Positions 41,001 to 48,922 are shown, counted from the stretch's first letter. The stretch: 64,000 bases of DNA from an uncultured Pseudobdellovibrionaceae bacterium (GCA_964648505.1 CAZYMI010000006.1:4223-68222), one strand, 5' to 3'. The notes: a model not told the origin generated them from the letters alone. Numbers and translations: made by a program.

Positions 41001-43790
41001 GCCGGCATCCGTATCACCATCCGCATCCGTAATTAATGTACCGAAGTTCAGGTTGATCGCATCATTCGCATTCGTCCCATCCGCATGATCAAGCGGTCTG
41101 TTCAAGGTGAAGCTGTACGTCCCGTTCGTATTCACCACAAGGGTAAACACCGTCACGCCGCCCGCTGTACCCGTATAGGTATTCCCCGCAAGCGCTACGC
41201 TCACCGGAACGCCGCCCGATGTTAAAGCGCCGCCCAGTAATGACCCGCCCGACGTAAAATTATTCACAGCCGCAATCGATCCCGTCGTCCCCTGGCCATC
41301 TGTGCCATAGTTAAAGCTATAGCTGCCATTCACTGTAATCGGTCCCAACCCCGTCTCATCAACACTTGAACTCGCATCCCCAATAACAGGAAGGCCATCC
41401 GCTGTTGTAAATGAAACTGTCGCGCTTGATGTATCGCCATCCCCATCACGCAAAGTATAGGTGAAGCTGTCCGTCCCCGTTACTCCATTTGTTGCGGCAT
41501 AGCTGTAGGTCCCGTTCGGATTGATCGTCAATACACCAAACGCGCCGTTGATCACAGTCGCACCTGTTACGTTCGTAACAGCATTACTGCCAAAGCGTAT
41601 CCCCGATACAACATTGCTGATATCGTTCGATATATCATCATTGCTCAGCACATTGCCAACAGCCAGATTCGTGACACCATTCACAACGCCAACGTCATTC
41701 ACCGCAACAGGTGCGTCGTCTATCACATTAATTGTGATTGTTGTATTTGCAACGTCACCGTCGCTATCTGTGCCTTGAACACCAAACACAAGATTAATTG
41801 CATCGTTGGGATTGGAAGCATCCGCATGATCAAGTGGTCTTGCTTGCGAAAATGTATAAGCGCCATTCGCATTAATCGTAATTGTAAATACTGTCTGGCC
41901 ACCGGCTGTGCCTGTGTAGGTGTTTCCAGACTGGGTAACAATAACGGCAACACCATTTGATGTCAGGGCCGCACCTGTTGAACCATTAAAGCTAAACGAT
42001 CCGTTGGCGACAAAAACGCCAGGACCATCTTGACCAAAAGTACCCGAAACTGTGCCTGTTAAAGTTGCAGGCTGACCCGCTGTTTCATCCACAACGTTAA
42101 TCGCAGGAGTTAATGTTGGTACGTCATCTTGCGTGATCACAAGCGTTACTTGCTGTGATGTGTTTGCGTCATTGTTTAAAAGATTTGGTTCCATACCCGA
42201 TGTGTTCACTTCACGCACATAGGAGGTTACGGTCAGATTATAAGTACCAACCGATCCGTCTGTTGTATTCAGCCTCAATCCTGAAAGCTGATCTTGGGTT
42301 AAAACCCAGCTACCATCTTGCTGTAAAATCCCAGCAGAAAGGGTAACGCCAACCGGAACCCCGGTGATGACAACGCGGATAATTTCTTCTGATCCATCTG
42401 TATCGGTTACGGCTGTTGTGATCGGAAAATTGATCATCATGCCTTCTTCAATTGTCAGATTTGAAACGGTTAGTGTTGGCGCATCAGCAACTGCATCGAT
42501 ACAAACATCAAATGTTGCCTGTTGCGCTGACGTAAGATTACTTGAAGCCGTTACAGTTAAAACAGGGCTGTCTACATCAGAATTTGCAGGGGGACTGAGC
42601 AAAAGATCGCCTGTAAAGTTCTGGCCTGCTGGTAGAGTAATTGTCCAAGTACCGTTGGCTGCATCATAAGTGCCGTTTGTATTTAAAACCGTCCAGCCTG
42701 ATGGAATACCTGAAATTGTAACAGTCAGAATTTCAGCCGGGTTACCATTTGTCAGCGCGATATTAAAAGGAACTGTGGCAACGTTATCTTCTTCTATACA
42801 AATACTTTCAACTGTAATCGTTGGCGGCGTGAGAACAGGAGGAGGAGGAACAACAACTGTGGTTTGCTGAGACTGGCCAAGAATTGGCGGCACAAAAGGA
42901 GGTGCACCATTCAGATCCGTTGGCGCAATAGGGCCAAGAGGATTTAACCCACCAAGGGCGATTACATCACGATCACTTGAGTATCCGTAACCACGATTTG
43001 GGCCACCGCCTGCATCGCCGCCTGCGGCCGGTTCAATATTCGCAAGGCTTTCAGCCGCCGATGCCAATTGATCACCACCAGAAGCCGTTTCAATTTGCGC
43101 TACTTTCGTCGCAATTTTCGACTGAACAACAGGGGTTTCATCGCCCGCAGCCGGTTCAATCGCTGACGCAGCTAAAGCCGCAAGCTTTGGCATATCAACT
43201 GCGCAAGCAGCTGTGATCAAAGAATTTGAATCAACAACTGTACCATCTGCTAAAGTTAAAGCTGGCGGCAATTCGCCTGCTGTCACAGCAGCATAGTCGC
43301 GCAAAATCATGATCCCGCCATTACGGAATGACAAAATTAAATTATCGCCATCAATTGTTTTGCCGACCTGGTCAATATCAAAATTAACCAGGTAATTCAT
43401 GCCCGGTTCCATAACGACTTCTTTTGTCGCATTGGCTGTTGGAGCATTGAGCGCGATTTCATTGTCATTTGCTGATCGGTCTTCAAAACGACCCGCCATC
43501 GATTTTACAAGATTGATTAAGCTAAATCCTTCAGGGCCGGCTTTGTCATCGAGTAAAAGAACGGCTGAGTCTTCTCCGCATATATCTTTGGAATTCACCA
43601 GATCTTTGAAGTTTTCGATCACGACAACCGAATTGTTGGAGAGTTTCAATTCCAGCGAACCGTCTGCACGGGGCGTTGCATTGATAATGTCACTGAGCTT
43701 AAAGCCAAATTGATGCGCCGTACCAGGTTCAAGCTTGATGCTTTGTGTCGTGCCTGAAGCGGGGGTGAGGATGGCGTTGGCAATAGACAT
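38016..43790 (-). CDS. Giant repeat adhesin, the putative T1SS substrate (VCBS-like and T1SS-143-like repeat modules, no canonical RTX nonapeptides)
   Basis: 1924 aa. The N-terminus has two 'GD.L.L.....V.I.NF'-type segments, like the prefix/retention modules of Bap/Lap-type adhesins. Five modules end ...DSF(T/S)YT(L/V)RD.D(G/H)D (VCBS-like). They alternate with five modules VDET....LTS.GV.V.V......Y.GTAGG.TVF...........F...R.LDHAD..N.ND.I.L.F......D.DGD. The C-terminus is Ser/Thr/Ala-rich and acidic. GGGAGAA Shine-Dalgarno upstream. Confidence 0.9.
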   Translation of the reverse strand: MSIANAILTPASGTTQSIKLEPGTAHQFGFKLSDIINATPRADGSLELKLSNNSVVVIENFKDLVNSKDICGEDSAVLLLDDKAGPEGFSLINLVKSMAGRFEDRSANDNEIALNAPTANATKEVVMEPGMNYLVNFDIDQVGKTIDGDNLILSFRNGGIMILRDYAAVTAGELPPALTLADGTVVDSNSLITAACAVDMPKLAALAASAIEPAAGDETPVVQSKIATKVAQIETASGGDQLASAAESLANIEPAAGGDAGGGPNRGYGYSSDRDVIALGGLNPLGPIAPTDLNGAPPFVPPILGQSQQTTVVVPPPPVLTPPTITVESICIEEDNVATVPFNIALTNGNPAEILTVTISGIPSGWTVLNTNGTYDAANGTWTITLPAGQNFTGDLLLSPPANSDVDSPVLTVTASSNLTSAQQATFDVCIDAVADAPTLTVSNLTIEEGMMINFPITTAVTDTDGSEEIIRVVITGVPVGVTLSAGILQQDGSWVLTQDQLSGLRLNTTDGSVGTYNLTVTSYVREVNTSGMEPNLLNNDANTSQQVTLVITQDDVPTLTPAINVVDETAGQPATLTGTVSGTFGQDGPGVFVANGSFSFNGSTGAALTSNGVAVIVTQSGNTYTGTAGGQTVFTITINANGAYTFSQARPLDHADASNPNDAINLVFGVQGTDSDGDVANTTITINVIDDAPVAVNDVGVVNGVTNLAVGNVLSNDDISNDISNVVSGIRFGSNAVTNVTGATVINGAFGVLTINPNGTYSYAATNGVTGTDSFTYTLRDGDGDTSSATVSFTTADGLPVIGDASSSVDETGLGPITVNGSYSFNYGTDGQGTTGSIAAVNNFTSGGSLLGGALTSGGVPVSVALAGNTYTGTAGGVTVFTLVVNTNGTYSFTLNRPLDHADGTNANDAINLNFGTLITDADGDTDAGAIVVTVRDDGVDARADVGSVTGCAPQVAGNVLSNDDVSNDVGNTISKVTVGGVDHTVPASGNLVVTGSHGVLTIAANGAYSYVANNHANGTDSFSYTLRDFDGDVDTATLTLSVSDGAPSATNTLNMVDETTLSNMVSGTFNGSYGTDGAGSTYFTVAPQGFTGFVASGSLKGGTLTSNGVAVSVALVGGKYVGTAGGVTVFEVTIDNAGAYSFRQFRALDHADGTNANDVINLSFCVDVVDCDGDLATANLIIGVKDDAPVAVNDVGVVNGVTNLAVGNVLSNDDISNDISNVVSGIRFGSNAVTNVTGATVINGAFGVLTINPNGTYSYAATNGVTGTDSFTYTLRDGDGDTSSATVSFTTADGLPVIGDASSSVDETGLGPITVNGSYSFNYGTDGQGTTGSIAAVNNFTSGGSLLGGALTSGGVPVSVALAGNTYTGTAGGVTVFTLVVNTNGTYSFTLNRPLDHADGTNANDAINLNFGTLITDADGDTDAGAIVVTVRDDGVDARADVGSVTGCAPQVAGNVLSNDDVSNDVGNTISKVTVGGVDHTVPASGNLVVTGSHGVLTIAANGAYSYVANNHANGTDSFSYTLRDFDGDVDTATLTLSVSDGAPSATNTLNMVDETTLSNMVSGTFNGSYGTDGAGSTYFTVAPQGFTGFVASGSLKGGTLTSNGVAVSVALVGGKYVGTAGGVTVFEVTIDNAGAYSFRQFRALDHADGTNANDVINLSFCVDVVDCDGDLATANLIIGVKDDAPVVVSDYIDALHYECIYGNIVANDHIGNDVNANALFQVQYNGVTFNVPAGSHATTIVGQYGVLEIASNGNYKYTVNPGQTGQHIDYFTYSVRDSDHDVATGTFAVRNDGDCGCFGTSTNVNTNTNTNTNININTNVVDTSIFAGTQSVAQAQTIATALSTASAKSSIAGGVADVISFDDDLQVGINNFITQTTTNDTQASSSVVSAVASTSITYNTPINDNFDDHVQHLVTSAIATA
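38723..41721. repeat. Perfect tandem duplication inside the adhesin gene: 2 x 1491 bp plus 17 bp of a third unit
   Basis: 38723-40213 matched 40214-41704 at every block I compared line by line, at an offset of 1491. The match continues 17 nt into 41705-41721. The unit encodes an identical 497-aa block, which itself consists of two diverged half-units of about 248 aa. Confidence 0.95.
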
Positions 43791-43950
43791 AATGTTATTC
43801 TCCCTTTGAGACGATGGGCTTGAAACCCGTAAGTATTTAACAAAATATTAATGAGATCGCACTCTTTTTTAATTCATTATTAACAAAAAGTCAATGTTTA
43901 TGTTAAAGAGTATTCGATCGTGCTAATATAGCTCTCAAGTTCTGCTATCA

Positions 43951-45348
43951 TTATGAGGCTCCAATAAGTCGGTATTGAAGGGTTACATACTCCTCAAACC
44001 CCCATTTTCCGCCCTCGCGCCCGAAACCTGAATGCTTTATACCCCCAAAAGGGATCTGCGGCATGGCCAGCGATACCTCATTAACCCCGACCATTCCAAA
44101 GTCCAGACCGGCGCAAACCCTTTGTGCCCGCATTAGATCTTTAGTGAAAACATAGGCTGCAAGGCCATAAGGGGTTGAATTAGCCCGCGCGATCACCTCT
44201 ACTTCATCAAAAAAAGAAAACAAGGCTGCAACAGGCCCAAAGGTTTCCGCACAGGCTGGCAGCATATCATCGGCCATATCAGCAAGAAGTGTAGGCTCAA
44301 AAAATGTCCCGCCTAAAACATGTTGTTTACCACCACATAAAATTTTTGCCCCACGCGCAACTGAATCCGTAATATGGCTTTTCACTTTCTCAATCGCCGC
44401 ACTGTCTATAAGCGGCCCTATTTTAACGCCTTCTATATTTCCGGCACCTACTTTAAGAAAACCGATTTGTTTTTGCAGTTCAACCGCAAGGGCACTGTAA
44501 ATTCCCGCCTGAACATAAATACGATTTGCTGAAACGCATGTCTGCCCAGCATTGCGGAATTTACTGGCTATTATTCCTGATGCTGCGTCTTGCACGTCAC
44601 AATCATCAAAAATAATAAACGGTGCATTGCCACCAAGCTCTAAAGAAAGCTTTTTTAAAGTCGGGGCGCATTGGGCCATCAGCAATTTGCCAATTTCTGT
44701 CGAGCCCGTAAAAGAAACCTTACGAATTCTATCATCAGCACATAGCACCTGACCGACAGCCTCAACATTTGATGCAGAACTCGTTAAAAGAACAAGCACA
44801 CTCATAGGTATATCGGCCTGATATGCTAAATCAACCAATGCTTTTGCAATCAAAGGCGTTTGTTCTGCCGGCTTTAGAATAACGCTGCAACCAACCGCCA
44901 AAGCCGGGGCAATTTTACGCGTAACCATTGAGGCCGGAAAATTCCATGGTGTAATAGCCACAACCGGCCCAATCGGCTTTTTATCAATCATGGCTATTGT
45001 GTTTGGCCTTGAAGACGCAACCGTTTCACTTTTTAAGCTTTCTGAAGCATGATCAGCGCACCATTTTATGGTCGCAACGCAGCCTGTTATTTCTGAATGC
45101 GCTTCTGGGATTGGCTTACCCTGCTCGGCTGACAAGAGCGCACAAAGCCGATCACTTTCCCGTTCAATAAAATCAGCCCAGCGCATCAATCGCGCGCAAC
45201 GTTCTGATAAAGCAAGCCCCGACCAGACTGGAAACGATTTTGTAACTTTTTCTATAGCATGTGTGGCGTCTTCAGGCCCTGCATCAAGGATACTGCCAAT
45301 ACAAGATCCATCTGCTGGATTAAAAACCTGAAACTGTTTAGTTGTCAT
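43951..45348 (-). CDS. gabD: NAD(P)-dependent succinate-semialdehyde dehydrogenase (aldehyde dehydrogenase family)
   Basis: ALDH motifs LELGGNAP and FRNAGQTCVSANR (catalytic Cys), with a GabD-like overall pattern. Confidence 0.85.
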   Translation of the reverse strand: MTTKQFQVFNPADGSCIGSILDAGPEDATHAIEKVTKSFPVWSGLALSERCARLMRWADFIERESDRLCALLSAEQGKPIPEAHSEITGCVATIKWCADHASESLKSETVASSRPNTIAMIDKKPIGPVVAITPWNFPASMVTRKIAPALAVGCSVILKPAEQTPLIAKALVDLAYQADIPMSVLVLLTSSASNVEAVGQVLCADDRIRKVSFTGSTEIGKLLMAQCAPTLKKLSLELGGNAPFIIFDDCDVQDAASGIIASKFRNAGQTCVSANRIYVQAGIYSALAVELQKQIGFLKVGAGNIEGVKIGPLIDSAAIEKVKSHITDSVARGAKILCGGKQHVLGGTFFEPTLLADMADDMLPACAETFGPVAALFSFFDEVEVIARANSTPYGLAAYVFTKDLMRAQRVCAGLDFGMVGVNEVSLAMPQIPFGGIKHSGFGREGGKWGFEEYVTLQYRLIGAS

Positions 45349-45376
45349 CGATTGTTTTCAACGCTAATGATAAGAG

Positions 45377-45856
45377 ATGCGTCAACACTATAATCAGTAT
45401 TTCCTGCTTCTTGCATTGATTCTTTTGATGCAAGCAATAAGTGGCATTATCGGGGTTTTCACCGCGCCTATCAATGATATTTGGTACGAAAGCTTAGCCA
45501 AATCATCGCTGACACCTGCTGGTTGGGTTTTTGGCGTTGTCTGGCCCCTGTTATACGCAATGATTGCCGTGGCCGGATGGTTGATCTGGAAAAAACGTAA
45601 CCACAAGGGCGCGTCTACGATCATCACCTTGTTTGTCATTCAGCTAGTTCTAAACTGGGGCTGGAGTTTTGTATTTTTTACGTTCCACCAGACTGCGCTT
45701 GGTTTGATTTGGATTATTACAATTCTAGTCATTGTTATTATTTTACTTTTAAAGCTGTATAAATTTTGTTTTCCTGCTTTTGGGCTGCTCGCGCCTTATG
45801 CGCTATGGCTTGGCTTTGCAAGCTACTTATCATTTATTATTTGGCTTCAGAATTAA
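45377..45856 (+). CDS. tspO: TspO/MBR family tryptophan-rich sensory protein
   Basis: Five TM helices. W-rich pattern WYESL.K....P.GWVFGVVWPLLYAMIAVAGWLIW. Confidence 0.87.
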   Translation: MRQHYNQYFLLLALILLMQAISGIIGVFTAPINDIWYESLAKSSLTPAGWVFGVVWPLLYAMIAVAGWLIWKKRNHKGASTIITLFVIQLVLNWGWSFVFFTFHQTALGLIWIITILVIVIILLLKLYKFCFPAFGLLAPYALWLGFASYLSFIIWLQN

Positions 45857-46680
45857 TTGTAAATATAAGATAGCCTGCGTTTTGAAAAGTTCCACACTGG
45901 AAAGGCATGAGCCGTATAAGGCCCGTGCACAGTGACGCATGTTCCTGCTGAACGAAAAAGCGGTGTACATGATGTTCTTCCATTTATTCTTATGCGCCCG
46001 TCTTCAGGATCTAAACTGTTGCTAGTACTTAAAACATCAACATCAGTGTAAGGCGTGCCGTCTTGGTAATCTGGATCATAGCGCTCAATATACACTCGCC
46101 TATAATCACAATGAGAATGCTGTGCTACAACCCCAAATTCATCTTTAAGATTTATACTTGAAAGTCTAAAAATTCGTCCATGGACAAATGATGCGCCAGA
46201 TAAAAGTATGGAATTGTAAGCTTGCACACGCGCTTCAATAAAATATTTGAGATTAGATTGATTACTTAAATATTGTAATCGATCTTCTAAATATTTACGC
46301 ATGCGTTCTACAGCTGTTTTGCGTTCGTGATCAAAGTTTTTGTGGTTTCCGCTCAATAATATCGAGGTTAAAGTCTTAAGAATCCCCGGAAGTTTTCGTG
46401 CTCGCTTTATATCGGGACATTTTTCTAAACGAAAAGCTTCTGTCAGCATTGTAAAATCATCTTCACCAGCCTCAGTGATTGCCCAGCGCGCAAATTCTTC
46501 CGCTTCCGGAATATTATCGCGCCGCCAAAGCCCAACGTAATTTTCTGCGTCAGGACGAAATGATAAGGCTGACGCATCATCGCCACGCGTTTCCTTATAG
46601 GCATAACCCGCAGGCGGCATGATAAGTAAATCACGACTATCGCCATATAAAATACGCTCAGAAGCTATTAGATTTTTCAT
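45853..46680 (-). CDS. Hypothetical protein (275 aa)
   Basis: Long ORF with no signal peptide and no recognisable motif. Its stop overlaps the tspO stop convergently by 4 nt. Confidence 0.55.
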   Translation of the reverse strand: MKNLIASERILYGDSRDLLIMPPAGYAYKETRGDDASALSFRPDAENYVGLWRRDNIPEAEEFARWAITEAGEDDFTMLTEAFRLEKCPDIKRARKLPGILKTLTSILLSGNHKNFDHERKTAVERMRKYLEDRLQYLSNQSNLKYFIEARVQAYNSILLSGASFVHGRIFRLSSINLKDEFGVVAQHSHCDYRRVYIERYDPDYQDGTPYTDVDVLSTSNSLDPEDGRIRINGRTSCTPLFRSAGTCVTVHGPYTAHAFPVWNFSKRRLSYIYN

Positions 46681-47154
46681 CTTGATCGAAGCCTATAAAA
46701 TCTATTGAGCTTATGTCAATTAATTTACATGAGATGGATACAAAAAAACGTAATTTTATTGCTTTTTTAGGGGGTGGATTCGTGGGCAGGCTGTGGATTG
46801 TTTTGTGTATTTTCTTAAAAAAACCTTGCCTGTCAAATTTATGGCAGCATGCTTTTTTATTTTTATTCTGCAACACAACATCATCAAAAATCAGACAAAA
46901 AGACTCGACACAAAAAGCGCGGCCTGTCTTACTGTTCTTATCAAGCAACGTACAGATCAACATCGCAGATCGCCAAAGATCGTTGTTTAAAGGTACCGGT
47001 TGGTCACTGGTGCCCGGTTTAAATAAATCACTTTCAGCTGACGGGCTGATAAATTTATTAAAGCTGAAGGGACAAGCGTTCCACCACCGGCCAAAAACAG
47101 ACCCATATGACTCGTGGTCGTGCACGTAAAAACATTTGCAGGGTTTTGTTTTTG

Positions 47155-47507
47155 TCGAAAGCCGGAGGTGCTGGCAAGTTCCGAATTATCGGGAAGCTGT
47201 ATAAACAGAATTCCAGCCCCGATGCGTGGTGTGACACGCCACGATAAAGAAAGTGAACAGTCTTGGGACTTCGGGACTGTTCTGCGCCTCGGGCCGCAAT
47301 CTGAAATGGTTGCGTGGGATGAAAAACCCGTATGCCAGGGGAAGAGTGATGAAGTCATGTGCGATGTGAGCCTTGGGCCCCTTGCCGGAAAGGGCAGCAT
47401 CCTGCGGGACGCGTCTGGCAAGATTGACCCAAGTGATTTCCCAAACGGCCCCGGCTTTGTTCGCTTTATTCAGTAATGAATATCGCACAGCAAAGCCGGG
47501 GTTTTTT
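47155..47507 (+). ncRNA. Candidate structured RNA or cis-regulatory leader of unknown family
   Basis: Locally GC-enriched block with open frames on both strands but no credible CDS. Many nested helices: ATCGGG/CCCGAT 47188-47223; CGTGGTGT/ACGCCACG 47225-47243; ACAGTC/GACTGT 47257-47280; CTTGGG/CCCAAG 47372-47433, which encloses CTTGCCGGA/TCTGGCAAG (G-U in place of one pair) and GCAG/CTGC. It ends in a strong terminator. The 5' boundary is not defined. Confidence 0.35.
47449..47507 (+). terminator. Strong intrinsic terminator with a large loop
   Basis: 11-bp stem CCCCGGCTTTG (47449-47459) / CAAAGCCGGGG (47491-47501) followed by T6. The 5' arm can alternatively pair with AAAGCCGG at 47158-47165. 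Confidence 0.7.
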
Positions 47508-47669
47508 ATTCCCCACAATCTGTACAAACATTCAACTTTTGACTTTTATCTTAAGTATAGGGTCTTCTTGCCTGCTCTTTTTTAGACTTGCCGACTGCAT
47601 GCTCCGGTGTTTATAGCTATTGCTTAATGAGTTATAATTTTTCGAATCAGCATTAGCGGTAACTAATTT

Positions 47670-48200
47670 ATGGGTTTCAAATTTGAAAAAATGTCTGTGC
47701 TTGTTGTTGAAGACAATGAGCCTATGCGCCGGTTAATCGTTTCAGTCTTAGAAACGCTCGGTGTTGGCCGTATATTACAAGCAAGCGATGGTGAAAAAGG
47801 CCTGAGCGTTTATCAAACCAACAAACCTGATGCGATTTTGCTTGATTGGGAAATGATGCCCATGAACGGGATCGAAATGATCAGGCGTATCCGCTATACC
47901 CCTAATATGCCTAATCGATATGTCCCTATTATTTTAATTACGGGCTATGGGGCGCTGTCTCGCGTGACGCAAGCGCGCGATGCGGGGGTTACTGAATTTC
48001 TGGTCAAGCCTTTTACAGCAGGTGATCTTGCACGAAGGCTTGCTTACATCATTAATAAGCCTCGTGATTTTATCGATGCGCAGGATTATTTTGGGCCTGA
48101 CAGGCGGCGAAAAGCTGCTGATGACTACAAAGGCCCCAAACGTCGTCAAAACGACACAGATCAAGATCAAGAAGCAGAAAACTGGTATATTGGACGATGA
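47670..48200 (+). CDS. CheY-like single-domain response regulator with an Arg-rich C-terminal tail
   Basis: Receiver motifs VVEDNE, LLDWEMMPMNG (phospho-Asp), IILITG and VKPF. A roughly 45-aa tail reads FGPDRRRKAADDYKGPKRRQ. Confidence 0.87.
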   Translation: MGFKFEKMSVLVVEDNEPMRRLIVSVLETLGVGRILQASDGEKGLSVYQTNKPDAILLDWEMMPMNGIEMIRRIRYTPNMPNRYVPIILITGYGALSRVTQARDAGVTEFLVKPFTAGDLARRLAYIINKPRDFIDAQDYFGPDRRRKAADDYKGPKRRQNDTDQDQEAENWYIGR

Positions 48201-48706
48201 CAAGCTCAGAACAAAAAACACCAAAAGCACGCATTATTTCCGCCAATTATGATTTACAAAATCGTGTCGGCGCAGGCCCTCTTGATGAAAAGAAAGTGCA
48301 AAGGGCAGAAGAGGTTATTCAGAACAATACGGTTGATTTTAAACCTATGGCGCTCGGCTTTTTACAAGAATTGATTGACGGGACAAATACAGCAAAGCAA
48401 TCCGATCTTCCACTTAAAGACAGGCTTGCTGCAATGACGCGGCCCGTTATGAACTTAAAAGCAAATGCCGGAATGTTTGGCTACACCCTTGTCACTAAAC
48501 TTACAAATGTCATGCTCGGTTTTCTTGAACATATTGATGATCTGGACAAGGATGCGGTTGAAATTGTCGCCGCCCATCATGCTACCCTGACATTAATCGT
48601 CACGCGCAGCATGAAAGGCGATGGCGGGCCGGATGGCGATGCTTTGGTGAAAGAACTGACCGAAGCTTGTAAACGCTATTATTCCCGCAAAGGGCTAAAA
48701 ACCTAA
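48197..48706 (+). CDS. Hypothetical helical protein, weakly Hpt-like but without the phosphorylatable His
   Basis: ATGA overlap with the response regulator gene. The segment MNLKANAGMFGY resembles the Hpt motif HxLKGxxxxxG, with Asn in place of His. Confidence 0.6.
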   Translation: MTSSEQKTPKARIISANYDLQNRVGAGPLDEKKVQRAEEVIQNNTVDFKPMALGFLQELIDGTNTAKQSDLPLKDRLAAMTRPVMNLKANAGMFGYTLVTKLTNVMLGFLEHIDDLDKDAVEIVAAHHATLTLIVTRSMKGDGGPDGDALVKELTEACKRYYSRKGLKT

Positions 48707-48847
48707 AATTCGATTTAAATTTTATATTTACCAACTAAAACAATAAGTTAACCAAATTTTGATTTTTTGTTGTTACATTTAGAATATCAGTTTGATTGTT
48801 AAGCGCGCATAACGCAACAAGGACAAACGGTGAATAGGGTGTCACAG

Positions 48848-48875
48848 ACCGCCGGGAAACCGGCGGTTTTTTTTT
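48848..48875 (+). terminator. Rho-independent terminator, about 140 nt downstream of the nearest stop
   Basis: ACCGCCGG-GAAA-CCGGCGGT followed by a T run of 9 (the first T also closes the stem). Confidence 0.7.
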
Positions 48876-48922
48876 AAACAAAAAATGTTAGGGTACACAA
48901 CTGATCAGCGTAAGGTGCCCCT

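Noticed and set aside
39249-41778. Plus-strand ORFs inside the adhesin gene (39249-39545, 39370-39597, 40030-40338, 40740-41036, 40861-41088, 41521-41778)
   Set aside because: They are antisense to a 1924-aa ORF with clear domain repeats. They appear in duplicate only because of the 1491-bp repeat.
47100-47510. Possibility that the structured block is RNase P RNA, tmRNA (one- or two-piece), SRP RNA, or a cobalamin, TPP, glycine or FMN riboswitch
   Set aside because: I found no hallmark strings on either strand: GGAAAGUCC and ACAGAAxCCGGCUUA for RNase P; a GGGGCUG-type 5' end with a matching ...UCCACCA 3' end and T-arm for tmRNA; the B12 box; CUGAGA...ACCUGA; and others. GCCGGAAAGGGCAGCA only loosely resembles SRP domain IV. 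This needs a covariance-model scan to settle.
46658-47527. Five overlapping ORFs of 113-155 aa on both strands (46658-47125 minus, 46713-47129 plus, 46987-47421 minus, 47114-47476 plus, 47186-47527 minus)
   Set aside because: They are mutually exclusive. They lack Shine-Dalgarno sequences, are Cys/Arg/Pro-rich with no motifs, and coincide with a GC-rich structured block. I interpret them as non-coding.
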